From Paramicrosporidium saccamoebae KSL3 (Eukaryota; Fungi; Cryptomycota), in assembly GCA_002794465.1 (NCBI GenBank), contig MTSL01000187.1:8098-34553 (forward strand): a stretch of DNA of 26,456 bases. The letters are read 5' to 3'. Under the pieces are notes generated by a model. The model saw only the letters and a list, made by a program, of their open reading frames with translations, was not told the origin of the DNA and ran no database searches. Made by a program: the position numbers and the translations under genes. Shown one piece after another: positions 9,115 to 19,774 of the stretch (position 1 is its first letter; each line of letters starts with the position of its first letter).

Positions 9115-9512
9115 CTTTTGCCTTGCTTTTGAGTCATGCACTCGTATCGAAATGTACTCGCCCCATCTGTGGGATTCGTTTTGCTGCGTGATAGAAAAGT
9201 CACTTGGGCCTGGGCACGGCTATCATAAATCCCTCTGTTGATGGATGTGCTAGTTTTATTAAGGTGTGTTGAATAGTCTACCCGCCTACCACCATTGGTG
9301 CACCCAGCCCAGATAGCGATCCCACGATCCATTCCTGTCATATTAAGGACGTCTGCCTGTCTATAAAGGAGTCACATGCTTTGATAAAAAGATTTTCCCC
9401 TCGGCAACAGGACTGATTAGTCAATAACAAAGATCCCTGTCGCCTATTTTACATCATGTTGATATTATAGTCATATCCATCACGCAACATTATTACTTTA
9501 GTTTTACTGCCT

Positions 9513-10402
9513 TTATTCATATTTGCGTCTTGGCGGCAATGACAGCGTTTCGCCTTCGGGAGTGACATATGCGGCAGCCACGCCTCCGTCGACAAGAAAG
9601 TCAGTGCCAGTTATGAAGCTGGATTCGTCGCTTGCTAGAAACACTGCAGCTTGAGCAATCTCATGAGCCTCGCCAAATCTACCCATGGGAATGTGGACCA
9701 GTCGGCGTTGCTGCTTCTCTTCCGTATTTAAATGAGCCATTAGCAGTGGAGTCCGCAGCGGACCTGGACATAGCGCATTGATCCGAATATTCTCACGAGC
9801 ATGAATAACTGCCAGCTCTCGTGACATGGCCAACACGGCTCCCTTTGATGCCGTGTCTATCATGGTCAGACAACTTTACAAGTAGTAAATACAGGCAATC
9901 TGCGGTGTTGCAGCACCCAGTCGTGCCACAAAGGACGCTGTGTTTATGATAGACCCTCCGCCTGCTCGACGCAGGGCAGGAATTCCGTGACGACAGCCGT
10001 AAAAGACCCCTTTGGCGTTAATGTTGATTGTAAGATCCCAAATCTGGTCCTCAGTATTGGTGGCGCCGCCATCATCAGGGTGCATGATCCCCGCGTTATT
10101 AAGCAGGATGTTAATCTTCCCCAAATGTCTCTCGCCAAACGAGATCATCTCAGAAACAGACTTATCAGAGGACACGTCGCATTGAACACAAAACAGCTTG
10201 GAATCTGGGACAATTTCCTGCACTTTGTTTAGGGCCGCCTGTACCGCCTCCGCGCTAATGTCCGCCATGACAACGCTTGCTCCCTCTAGTGCAAACGCAA
10301 TGCTTGTTTCGAATCCTATCCCACTATACAAATCAATTACATACTAAAATTAAACCCAGCCGCGCCGGTGATGACTGCGACTTTGCCATCAAGTCTTCCC
10401 AT
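9513..10402 (-). CDS. Classical short-chain dehydrogenase/reductase (FabG-like), 273 aa, 3 exons
   Basis: Splicing introns 10355-10324 (32 nt) and 9892-9857 (36 nt) restores the cofactor motif VITGAAGGIG and the catalytic YTASK. NNAGI, NALCPG and VDGG are also present. Substrate unknown. Confidence 0.93.
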
Positions 10403-10542
10403 AGCAGCAATCTACAAAATCATTTAAAATTATGACGTCCAGAGTAAAATCCTATATTGGAATCCCCGGTCCATCCTATATTAGCTTACAAATAATAATA
10501 ACGTTCAGTTTTTGGCAGATTTTTTCCGCCTCCTAGCCCGGT

Positions 10543-11582
10543 ATGGATCGCACAAAACATCGCCTGCTCATCGGTGGGAAACCCGAGCAATATTATGTTT
10601 TGAAGCGACTTTTAAGAAATTCAATGGCCGATGGGCGTCAGGTTGTGACAAGGAGGCTCTTTGACTATTTGGAACAGACAAAATGTCCAGACACTTTGTT
10701 CCTGTTTCAGGCAGGTCTCGAATTGTATTTTGAGTCGGAAGAATTTGAATTGCGGACACTCAGATTTATCCAGACCTACGGAAAGAAAGTCCCAGACGAG
10801 GTATAGCCGTCTCCATGTTGTCACTCTAGGCCGTGTTCTTCTTGGAGACTGCTACCAGTTATTACGTTAAACATGGCCGCCTAAACGAGGCATATGAAAA
10901 TCTCAGTGGATATCTCAGCGCCCCTCCGTACAACTCATCTGCAGGCTTACATGGTTACGCTGGATGGATTGCCACAGAACTTGCGGTAAAAGACAAGCGC
11001 TCCGCCGTGAGAGAAAGGTATTTTCGTCGCGCATTATCCCATTTTGACGAACATTTGCGTGTTCTACAAAATGAAAGCCTGGATATGGGCTTTTTAAATT
11101 CACATGTACACGTTTTGATAGAAATCGGGCGAGTCGATGATGCAAGGACTCTCCTCGAATCTCTGATAAAAAGTCACGAATTGAACATTTTCGTGAGAAT
11201 CAAGCTGTATGAGCTACTTTCAGATAGCTATTCATCTGAACGTGCCGTGTTACGGGAATGTATATTTGGTCTCTTTCGGCTGTTGAAAAAGACGGGTTCG
11301 TCTTTTCAGGCCATCGAACATTCGATCAGTCAATATCTAAGGCGCCAACTCTCCAATGTCCACATGAAAATTGACGAATTTGGGCAATATTTATTTATCT
11401 TTGCATACGCCGTCTGTCTCCAAATCTCCAGAACTTTTACCGATAATCTGGAGCAGCATCATACTCTGCTGGAAACTTGTCGGCTACAGTTTGCCTTTAC
11501 TAGTCTCGATCGGCAGTGGAAGATCTTGGCCAACGAATTCCCGTCAATAATTAGAAACAGAGAATTAAAAGCAATTACATAG
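10543..11582 (+). CDS. Helical/TPR-like protein, ~336 aa, 2 exons; possibly Rrn11/TAF1A-like RNA Pol I core-factor subunit
   Basis: A 29-nt intron 10801-10829 (gtatag...ctctag) joins the two track ORFs in frame (KVPDE|AVFFLE). The segment AYENLSGYLSAPPYNSSAGLHGYAGWI recalls fungal Rrn11/TAF1A-like proteins, from memory only. The gene is likely real; the product call is weak. Confidence 0.5.
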
Positions 11583-11595
11583 GACCTGATATTGG

Positions 11596-14500
11596 TTAAT
11601 TTACACTATCAACATGCTCTTGAGGGACGGGCAATCCGATTTCAACTATGGCACCGGTAATGGTTGAAACGAGCAGGCTCTTCGTCTTCCGTCTAATGGA
11701 CAATGCACAAGGGATATCATCCAGGGCAACTGTTGATTTTTTGAACGATCCCGCATGGATAAAGTGGATAAAGCCGCGGCGATCGGACCCAATAAGAAAG
11801 CCATCGTTCCAGAGCAGACGGCCAATTAATACTGACGAAGAGCTACTCCACTGCTGTGCAAGTTCAATGTTGGCCTGGTTGGTGAGCAGTGAAAAAATAT
11901 CAAGTCCTCCACGACATGTACTCACTGCAACTAAACGTGATTCGGGATCCACAGAAACAGCGAGGATATCACTTCTCCAACACTCTGTCAATAAAAAATC
12001 CATCGATTCAGCCACTGTATTTACCTCAATAAGATGAAGTTCTGAACCTGCCGCAACAAGAACGCGAAACTCACCATCATTCACAACGTCCACGACCGAC
12101 ACGGCATTGACTTTGTGAGGGAAGCCTGCATCGCACGAAAAAATAAGCTGTGATACACCGCCCCGTGACAGTTGTTGCGAAGGTAAAGACTGTCTCCTTC
12201 GCGCATTGCGGTCAATAAAATTGGGTGGGATTTTTAGGATGCGCACCTGCCCGACATTCTGAATCTGCAGTCCAATAATAATGAATCCACTATCCCCAAG
12301 CAGGGCAGCGCAAGTCACTATATCACCGGTTGCAAGAACGCTTTTGAACAATAATTCTTCGTCATTAAGACCATACACTTCAACAGCCGGAGCATTGTTA
12401 GCCCATGAACCTGATGAAATGAATGACTCCTGCTCAGATCTGCCGGGACTGCTGACTACAATTAACTGGCCTTGTTGCGGCCGGTGCATGATAAACCGTG
12501 CACAGCAAACATCTAAGAAAGCTTCGATTCTCGGGGTTACTTGCAAGGATGTAGTAAAAGTACCCATTGACTCGTGCTCAACAACGACAAATCGAAAGAG
12601 CGACTCGTTGGAATTAAGAACTGACCATCGCACCAGGTGATCTGCTCGATGAAGCACAGGCGTCAGGGAGAACACTCCATCCTCCGTCTCGTCCAACAAA
12701 GAGGCTTGTCCCGATAACGCAAAAATACAGGCCGACAGCCCAGAAAGTCGTGTTCTCGACAGCTGGACCGGCCGTTTGCCAGCATGAACCGAAGCAAGCG
12801 GCCTGATGGACACACTGTCCTCCTCTTGTTTCACCCCAAGTACAATGAGCCTTCCATCTCGACCACCGAGCGCCAGTCGAGCTCCATAAGCATCTTTGAA
12901 AAATTGCATCTCATTCACAGCAAAATCGCAGTCCTCCAAGACATATGTGCAAATCTGATCGACGCGGTTAGAACCGTCATCAAAGTATACATTCCACAAA
13001 CAAATTTCCTCATTATAGGAGGCCGCGACAATAAATCCAAAGCAATATTTTTGCGGATTTGGTGGTCCACTTGTACCGAGAGGATAGACAGCAAAAGAGG
13101 AGGTACAAGGTGGCATCGCAAGTTGTAACGAGAGTATAACGGACGGTGCACCACGAGTCGTTCGGCACTGAAATATTTCGATGAAACCCGATCTCAGTGC
13201 GAATACGTGGTCATTAATAATGGCGGCCGAAAAAAAATCCAAATCAGCGCCGCCAGTGTCCAGATCCCGTTTCCAATCAGCAAGAACTTCACCGGCAACC
13301 TGGCCAACATTGCTTTTACAGATAATCACTCTATCTGGGCACACCTGTATAAGAAATGAGCCAGCTTCAGTATTTTCAATAGCCAATGTGCGTCTTCTCA
13401 AATCCACACCATAAAAATCGGTAATATCCTCAAAAAGGGACTCGCCAACCAGACGCAGGAGGATTGTGCTTTTTACAAATGATACTGCCAAAATGGAATG
13501 ATGCTTGTCGCTGTTGTATTCTCGTAACATCCATATTCCTGTACACCCGCGAAAAATTTGGTCTGATCTCATTTCCGTGCACACGGGAATATTTTCTCGA
13601 AATAGCCCAACGATGGACGAATCACCAAATCCGCACGCTACCAAGCAGTCGTCATCAAAACCTTTAGAAGATGCACAGATCATGTCCAGGACAGTATTCG
13701 GCATCTGATTGCGATGCAGAATTTCTATGGTATTGGCTTTAAATTGAAAGGCCAAAATTCCTCTAGAGGGCGAGCTTCCCAATATCATGCCGTTTGGAAA
13801 AAAGCATAGAGATGTGCACCAACACTTCAAATCAGTGGAAAATATTGCTGTAAATGTGCAAGCTCCATGTCGTAGACTATAAACCTGGAGTTCGCCAGTA
13901 TTCCAAGAGATCGCAAACATTGTTTCGCCATCAATTGAGATTGCATTAGAAACTGACTCCACAATCCTAACTGGATCAACTGTGCGCGAAGTGGGAATGA
14001 GCTGGGACGTTGGCGAATCGATTTCTGCGAGCTCTACATTTATTCGAGCGACCGATGGTCCCTAAAATCAAAAAGAGCGAACGGCTTACATTGATCAAAA
14101 ATACTGCATCGTCGGGTCCGGTAAAAAATTTGTTCGGGTAAAAAAATCTCCTGAGAACCATGATATGGTGTATTACTTTTTCAGTAATATTCACACATAT
14201 TACGCGAGAAAGACCTGTTTTGTCACTAGTCATTAATATGCAACACAAGAAGCAATACCAAACTGTTGCTACCATTAAAAAAAGGACGGATCCGATCATC
14301 TTCAATTGTAAAGCCCCGATACCAAATGGCCCAATATCAATAATGTTTTGCTGTCCGGAGCTCACATCAATGATGGCGATAAACCTTTCGATTGATGAAA
14401 TTGCAACAATATTTCCACTACTCAATAACGAAATGGGAAGGTATAGGTACAGTGAACAAGCTTCACCAAAAAATTTAAACGGGATGGTTTGCTTCAGAAT

Positions 14501-14801
14501 AACCTCGCTTCCGTTGCATATGAGCCCCAATCCATCTTTACATACAATAAAAATTTCTGGAGAGCTCGTTGAGAGCAAAAGAACAGAATCTAGGTCGTAC
14601 ACATGACGAACCGTAAACTTCCCGTCAGCCGAGCAGTCACACACATGAACACTTCCATGCTATCGGGAAATCAAATACCAACTTTGTAATTACGTATTGG
14701 ATCGCAAACGTGCACTCTTGGAGATGCACGAGGCGTACAACCGATGAGCTTGGCTGAATTGTCCTTAATTCCCCCGGTGCAGGCAATGTCGTAGATACCA
14801 T
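11596..14801 (-). CDS. MMS1/DDB1/SF3B3/CPSF160-superfamily multi-beta-propeller protein, ~1040 aa, at least 3 exons
   Basis: The segment TVLDM...LVACGFG...GCTGIWMLR...HHSILAVSFVKSTILL...FEDIT...RTLAI...LIQV matches the MMS1_N region. Introns are 14693-14660 (34 nt) and 14089-14062 (28 nt), with a possible in-frame 33-nt intron at 14258-14226. Start is the ATG at 14801 or 14834. Confidence 0.75.
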
Positions 14802-14832
14802 CCTGAGCGTAGCCGGGCTCAAAGGGAGACCC

Positions 14833-15963
14833 ATGCATTCCAGTTGGACGCATATATCGTTTCGGTCCCAAAAGGCCGCCTTTTATTTTACCGCGGGACG
14901 GAGAAATATTACTGTATTTTCTGGTATACAACCCTCCGGTGAATTGCATCTTGGGAACTACTTTGGGAGCTGCCGATTTTTTTTAGACCATCAAAAATCG
15001 AGAGAAGTAAGTGGTCGACGCATAGACAGGTTATTGCTTTCAATTGTGGACCTGCATTCCTTGACATTCTCGGGCCGACAAGATCTCCATAATCAAATCC
15101 ACAAAATGGCAGCCATGCTGCTTGCTATAGGGATCGACCCCAAAGACACGATTCTTTTTCGCCAGTCTGATGTTACGGAACATGCAGTTTTAATGTGGCT
15201 ACTATCTTGCAGAGCATCTGTGAGCAGACTGAAACGGATGATACAGTGGCGGGTATAGATTTATCCATGCTAACTAATCATGCCAGGAAAAATGTGACTC
15301 GCTTGGAGAAAACATGGCCCTTTTGTCCTATCCGTTGCTTCAAGCAGCCGACGTTTTGCTTTACCGGTAACCTCATTTCCGCTTATAACCGATAGTGCCG
15401 ACGTAGTACCCGTTGGTGCAGACCAAAAGCAGCATATTGAGCTGATTTCTGAACTTGCACAGAAATTTAATAGTGCGTATCATGCAAAGGTTTTTCACGT
15501 ACCGGAGGGCCATTATTGCCAAACAAAAATCAGGAGTCTCCGTGACCCTGCTGCAAAGATGAGCAAATCTGATCGTCTTCCCGACGCTTGCATTTTTCTC
15601 TCCGATGGGCCAGAGGTAATCAAGAGAAAGATAATGCGTGCATTAACAGATTCTGGCGAAGATATTACATTTGATGAGTCGACTCGTCCTGGCCTGGCAG
15701 CATTGTTATCACTATTTGCTCTTATGCAAAACAAGACGCCTGACGCTGTAGCGCACGAATACGCTCGAATCAGAGGACTTTGCCAATTCAAAGTAGATCT
15801 GGCCACATGTCTAATAGAGTACCTATCACCATTTCGCAATGCCTACTTGATGAACATGAGTGACCCGGGACACATTGAATCGGTCCTTGCAGAGGGATCC
15901 CGCACCGCCCGTCAAATAGCACAAAGCAACCTTGAACATGTAAAGAGCGTAATATATTCTTAG
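14833..15963 (+). CDS. MSW1: Tryptophanyl-tRNA synthetase, mitochondrial/bacterial type, 355 aa, 3 exons
   Basis: FSGIQPSGELHLGNY (HIGH motif), YPLLQAADVLLY, VPVGADQKQHIEL and KMSKS. Introns are 15253-15286 (34 nt, branch TGCTAAC) and 15367-15395 (29 nt). Confidence 0.96.
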
Positions 15964-16335
15964 CTCGCCATAAAGACATTTATAATTACTAGCTGCACAT
16001 GTGCACAAACATGCCTGTCCTTCAATTATTGCATCAACGCTTGACTCTTAAATTTGCTATAAATTATGCCGCCTGAATCAGCCATCACAGAAATTTATGC
16101 TGCTGCATGTATTTTTGCGTAATAATGCAACTTTTATTATGCGGCTAGTGACGCATGCATTATTAGTGGGGTTGATGTGGGTGCACACTATATCAGGATT
16201 AGCTGTTACCACTAGATGGGCCAAGGTCGCCTTTACTATTTAATTCATGAAACAAGTCCCATTGTTGTTATATATACATACTATCTCACAGCTACCATGT
16301 TCCTGACTAAAAAGTACCACGAGCAAATCAAAAAG

Positions 16336-16408
16336 AGGCCCTTGAGAGGATCGAACTCTCGACCTACTCCTTACTAGGGAGTCGCAACTACCACTGTGCT
16401 AAAGGGCC
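16336..16408 (-). tRNA. trnT-AGT: tRNA-Thr, anticodon AGT (IGU after editing)
   Basis: Reverse strand: acceptor GGCCCTT/AAGGGCC, anticodon arm ACTCC-CTAGTAA-GGAGT, T arm GAGAG-TTCGATC-CTCTC, U discriminator. A T5 terminator follows at 16334-16330. Confidence 0.96.
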
Positions 16409-16423
16409 AGTTAAAGTAAGTAT

Positions 16424-17191
16424 TTACTTTAAACTCTTAACCTTATTAAACAACTCCTCAACATCTTGCACCATCACGCCGGCCTTTCTCTTTTGCGGCT
16501 CGCTTGTCTTGGTCGCGTGAATCGTGGCGGTAAACTTGATACCCAGAGATTCTAGTGTCTCTTCTTGGATTTTTTTCGATTTGGCCTTCATGATGTTTTG
16601 GAGTGTAGCATATCGAGGAACATTTAAACGAAGATCAGTGGTGACTATTGCGGGCATAGGCGCGCTAACAGTCTCCAGGCCAGTTTCAATTTCCCTAGTA
16701 ACGACGAGCCTATCTCCATCAACAGAGACGGCGGATGCAAACGTCTGCTGGGGCCAGTTGAGCATCCCAGCGAGTATCTGTCCAGTTTGGTTCGAATCGT
16801 CGTCTATCGCCTGCTTTCCTAGTAGTACAATCCCAACATCTTCCTCGCGTCTTATGAGCTTTTCAAGTATTTTCGACACCAGCATTGGCTGAACGTTTTC
16901 CTCTTTGCAATCTACATGGATTGCCCGGTCTGCCCCTTTGGCTAGAGCTGTTCGCAAAATTTCTTGACACTGTTTAGGACCGCACGAAACTGCAACAATT
17001 TCTTTTACTGTAGGGCCGCCCAGTTTTTCTCTCAGCTTTAAAGATTCTTCCAATGCAATTTCGTCGAATGGATTCATGGAATGCTTAACATTTGTAGTCT
17101 CTACGCCCGAGCCATCGGGCTTCACTCTTACTCTTACGGCATAGTCAATTACACGCTTACAGGCCACGAAAATCCGGAATGGCTTTGTCAT
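16424..17191 (-). CDS. ETFB: Electron transfer flavoprotein beta subunit, 255 aa
   Basis: VACKRVIDYAVRVRVK, SMNPFDEIALEE, ALAKGADRAIHV, GKQAIDDDSNQTGQ and DLRLNVPRYATLQNIMKAKSK. Confidence 0.97.
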   Translation of the reverse strand: MTKPFRIFVACKRVIDYAVRVRVKPDGSGVETTNVKHSMNPFDEIALEESLKLREKLGGPTVKEIVAVSCGPKQCQEILRTALAKGADRAIHVDCKEENVQPMLVSKILEKLIRREEDVGIVLLGKQAIDDDSNQTGQILAGMLNWPQQTFASAVSVDGDRLVVTREIETGLETVSAPMPAIVTTDLRLNVPRYATLQNIMKAKSKKIQEETLESLGIKFTATIHATKTSEPQKRKAGVMVQDVEELFNKVKSLK

Positions 17192-17483
17192 TAATGTGAG
17201 CTGACTAGAAAGTTGATTGGATCGTTTATTATTTTCACTGGATGACTAACCATAATATATGATTTCCGTCCGCATGTCTATCCCACAAGCAATAACTTGC
17301 AGCGTAGGTGGAAACAAAATTCAAATGGGTAACTGACACGCACACAGCAACACACGACTTGATCTGTACACAACTTGGTCAGCACATGATTTGGAATTCC
17401 AAAATCAAGTCTTCCAAGGGGGATATAATTAATGACTGCTACTGAAAAGTTTTGCAAGTTTATTTCCCAATTATCTGCAGGTG

Positions 17484-18531
17484 CTATGGCAAATTACTGT
17501 TTGTGGACAAAAAATCTAAATGCGTGCCATATAGAGCCGATAGAGGAGATCTCACCGAGTTGCTCATAACTCCAGTTGTAGCAGGCAGCATATCCGATGG
17601 CGATCCAGTAATGTCAAAGGATGAATATTGTTTGGGCGTACCGGCTCCAATAAATACGTCTTGGAATACGGCTTTCTTCTCAAGAGAATCATTGTAGTTT
17701 GAGCCTCCAAACGAATCCGAAGACGAATCAAGGACAGGCATTGATAGGTCTGTTGGAGAAGGTAGCAGGTCCCCACCGAACGACTGTCCTCCTGAAGCAG
17801 TCATTTCCATCATTAGGGGAAAGAATGCGTTTGGATCTGACATCATATTTTGGTCAATGTTCATTGACAGCGGGAATATAGGACGCGGCTCTAATCTCGG
17901 CCGAGGCTTCAATATCGGTAGGCGCAGCGCAGAGTCTGAAGGAGCTCTTTGTTTAAGATTCACGTCAAATGTTATCGGATGCTGATATACAGGAAATGAT
18001 TGTCTCCGAGCAGACACCACTTTTGATAAGTCACCCCGGTGGCCCAAGATACTCGCATGTTCATGAACAAGCTTCCAGTAGGATCCCTTTCCTGGTGTCT
18101 TACTAGACCTCGCAACCTTTTGGAACGCTTTGTTAAGGGATAGGTTGTGTCGAATAGAGTTCTACAGATTATTTTAGCACAAGTCGACGTATATGTACCT
18201 TCCAACCCTGTCCTGCAGTCCTGAAATACGGATAGTGTTCCTCAACAAATTCATAAATGTCACTTAAGACTAGCTGCCTGGCTGGGCAGCTCTCGATGGC
18301 TTCAGTGATCAACGTTGCATATGATATGGGGGGACGGACAGGACGATGGGTAGAGTCAGAATCGGTTGGATTGCTATCCGGAGTTCTGGACTCGCTGCTT
18401 CCCGAAGAAGATTGCAAGAGAGACTCGCTGATCTCCAAACTTGAAGGTGATGAATCTTCTATGTGTGGAGGAGTTGCCGACTCTACACCCGATTCCTCCA
18501 TTCGGGCCTTTGATCTTCTCCTACCCTTCAT
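17484..18531 (-). CDS. Forkhead-box transcription factor without an FHA domain, ~336 aa, 2 exons
   Basis: RPPISYATLITEAI...LVLSDIYEFVEEHYPYFR...GWK|NSIRHNLSLNKAFQKV...PGKGSYW after removing a 37-nt intron at 18198-18162. Confidence 0.93.
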
Positions 18532-18810
18532 CAACCGACTAACTCTTGCACAGAGTCAACAGTGGCCCTTATTCGCCAGAATGCATGTAAATTTTACATC
18601 CGCCCAGCCAATCATACAAGACTTGCCATCTTGCCGCAGCCAATCAAGAAAAACCAGGCAGCCGCTCTTCAGCTGATGGAATTCCGTTCAAAGATGGACC
18701 TAATTGGCCATTAGCAAGAGCGCCCTTGTGGCTATTGTCAGAGTTTTATGCAAGGGCCTTTAACAGATTATTCCATGTAAACTGCTATCCAGGGTTGGCG
18801 GCAAAGGGCT

Positions 18811-19670
18811 ATGCTTGGAGGAGAAGTCCGAGAATTTCTTATAGAGCTCGAGTCTCGGTTTCCGGATTTCCACCTTTCTTCAAGTGGGAATGAATGGCTC
18901 AATTCCCTGGAATTTGAGAGAAAGCACACCGAAATTGCATTTCCTCAAATAGTTTCAATCCTGAACAGCCTCGCTAGCCCAGATAGCACATTCCCTGCCT
19001 CCCAGCCGGGTCATTTTTCTGGTGAAACGGAGAAAATGTACATGTCAAGGATCAGCGAGCTGGAAAACGACCTTGCAAAACGCAGGAGTGAATGCGAAGA
19101 GCTTGTACAGCACATGTCCCAATTAGAAGTTGATTTATCTAGAGCCAATCACCACATAAGCGACGTAATTAATGGCCTGCGCTTTTCTGATATTTTTAGC
19201 TGCAACGGGTAGAAAAGGCACGCGAAAGAATGCTCTTGAGAGAATCATCTCCTAAAAAGTCTGCCGATAAGGCCCTTGCCACGGGGGGTGCGAAAAATGT
19301 AGAGAAACTGAAAGGTATGGTGCAATCTCTCCTGCACACCACGCAGCTGCTCAATAAGGATCGAAGCGAGTTGTACAGTATTCTTTTACAGGTTCTTCAG
19401 GGGGGACAAGTTTCTCAGCGAGTATTCTCAAAAAGATTTGGCTTAGAAGATGAATTAGTGGAAGTTTATAACAAGATTGTGTCTACCAGCTATACAGGCG
19501 GTTCAATGGAGAATACAGAAGATCTCGCTATCATGTCAAGGCCGTATTCTTTTGTTATTTACACGTTTTTTGTGTGGATATCCGGAATTCTAATGGCCGT
19601 TCTAGCATACGAGTACATTATTTGGTCCGATTTTTCGTTTCGGTTTCCTTCCTCCTCTGCCATATACTGA
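18811..19670 (+). CDS. Coiled-coil protein with a C-terminal transmembrane anchor, 274 aa, 2 exons
   Basis: A 35-nt intron 19165-19199 (gtaatt...ttttag) joins the two ORFs in frame (HISD|LQRVEK). It has a heptad-like segment (RISELENDLAKRRSECEELVQHMSQLEVDL), a hydrophobic segment (YSFVIYTFFVWISGILMAVLAYEYIIW) and a 14-aa tail. Confidence 0.78.
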
Positions 19671-19774
19671 TTTGAAACGCTTTGTACAAATTTTTATTAA
19701 ACAAGCTCTGTGGATGTTTCTCTATTGATGTTGTTGTGTGTGGGGAGGGGAAGTATTATCATGTGCCGTGTCAC

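Noticed and set aside
9207-9233. Alu/7SL-like start GGCCTGGGCACGG...AAATCCC
   Set aside because: Short partial match; I could not find an SRP helix-8 motif nearby.
9105-9341. 78-aa minus-strand ORF
   Set aside because: It overlaps the tRNA-Ile 3' end antisense and has no recognisable features.
16229-16238. U5 snRNA loop-1-like GCCTTTACTA
   Set aside because: One U short of GCCUUUUAC and no flanking stem.
16416-16423. U1 5'-end-like ATACTTAC on the minus strand
   Set aside because: It lies in the 15-bp ETFB-tRNA gap and runs straight into the tRNA; there is no room for U1.
17391-17402. 12-bp palindrome TTGGAATTCCAA between ETFB and the forkhead gene
   Set aside because: An isolated occurrence with no matching copy seen; not distinguishable from chance.
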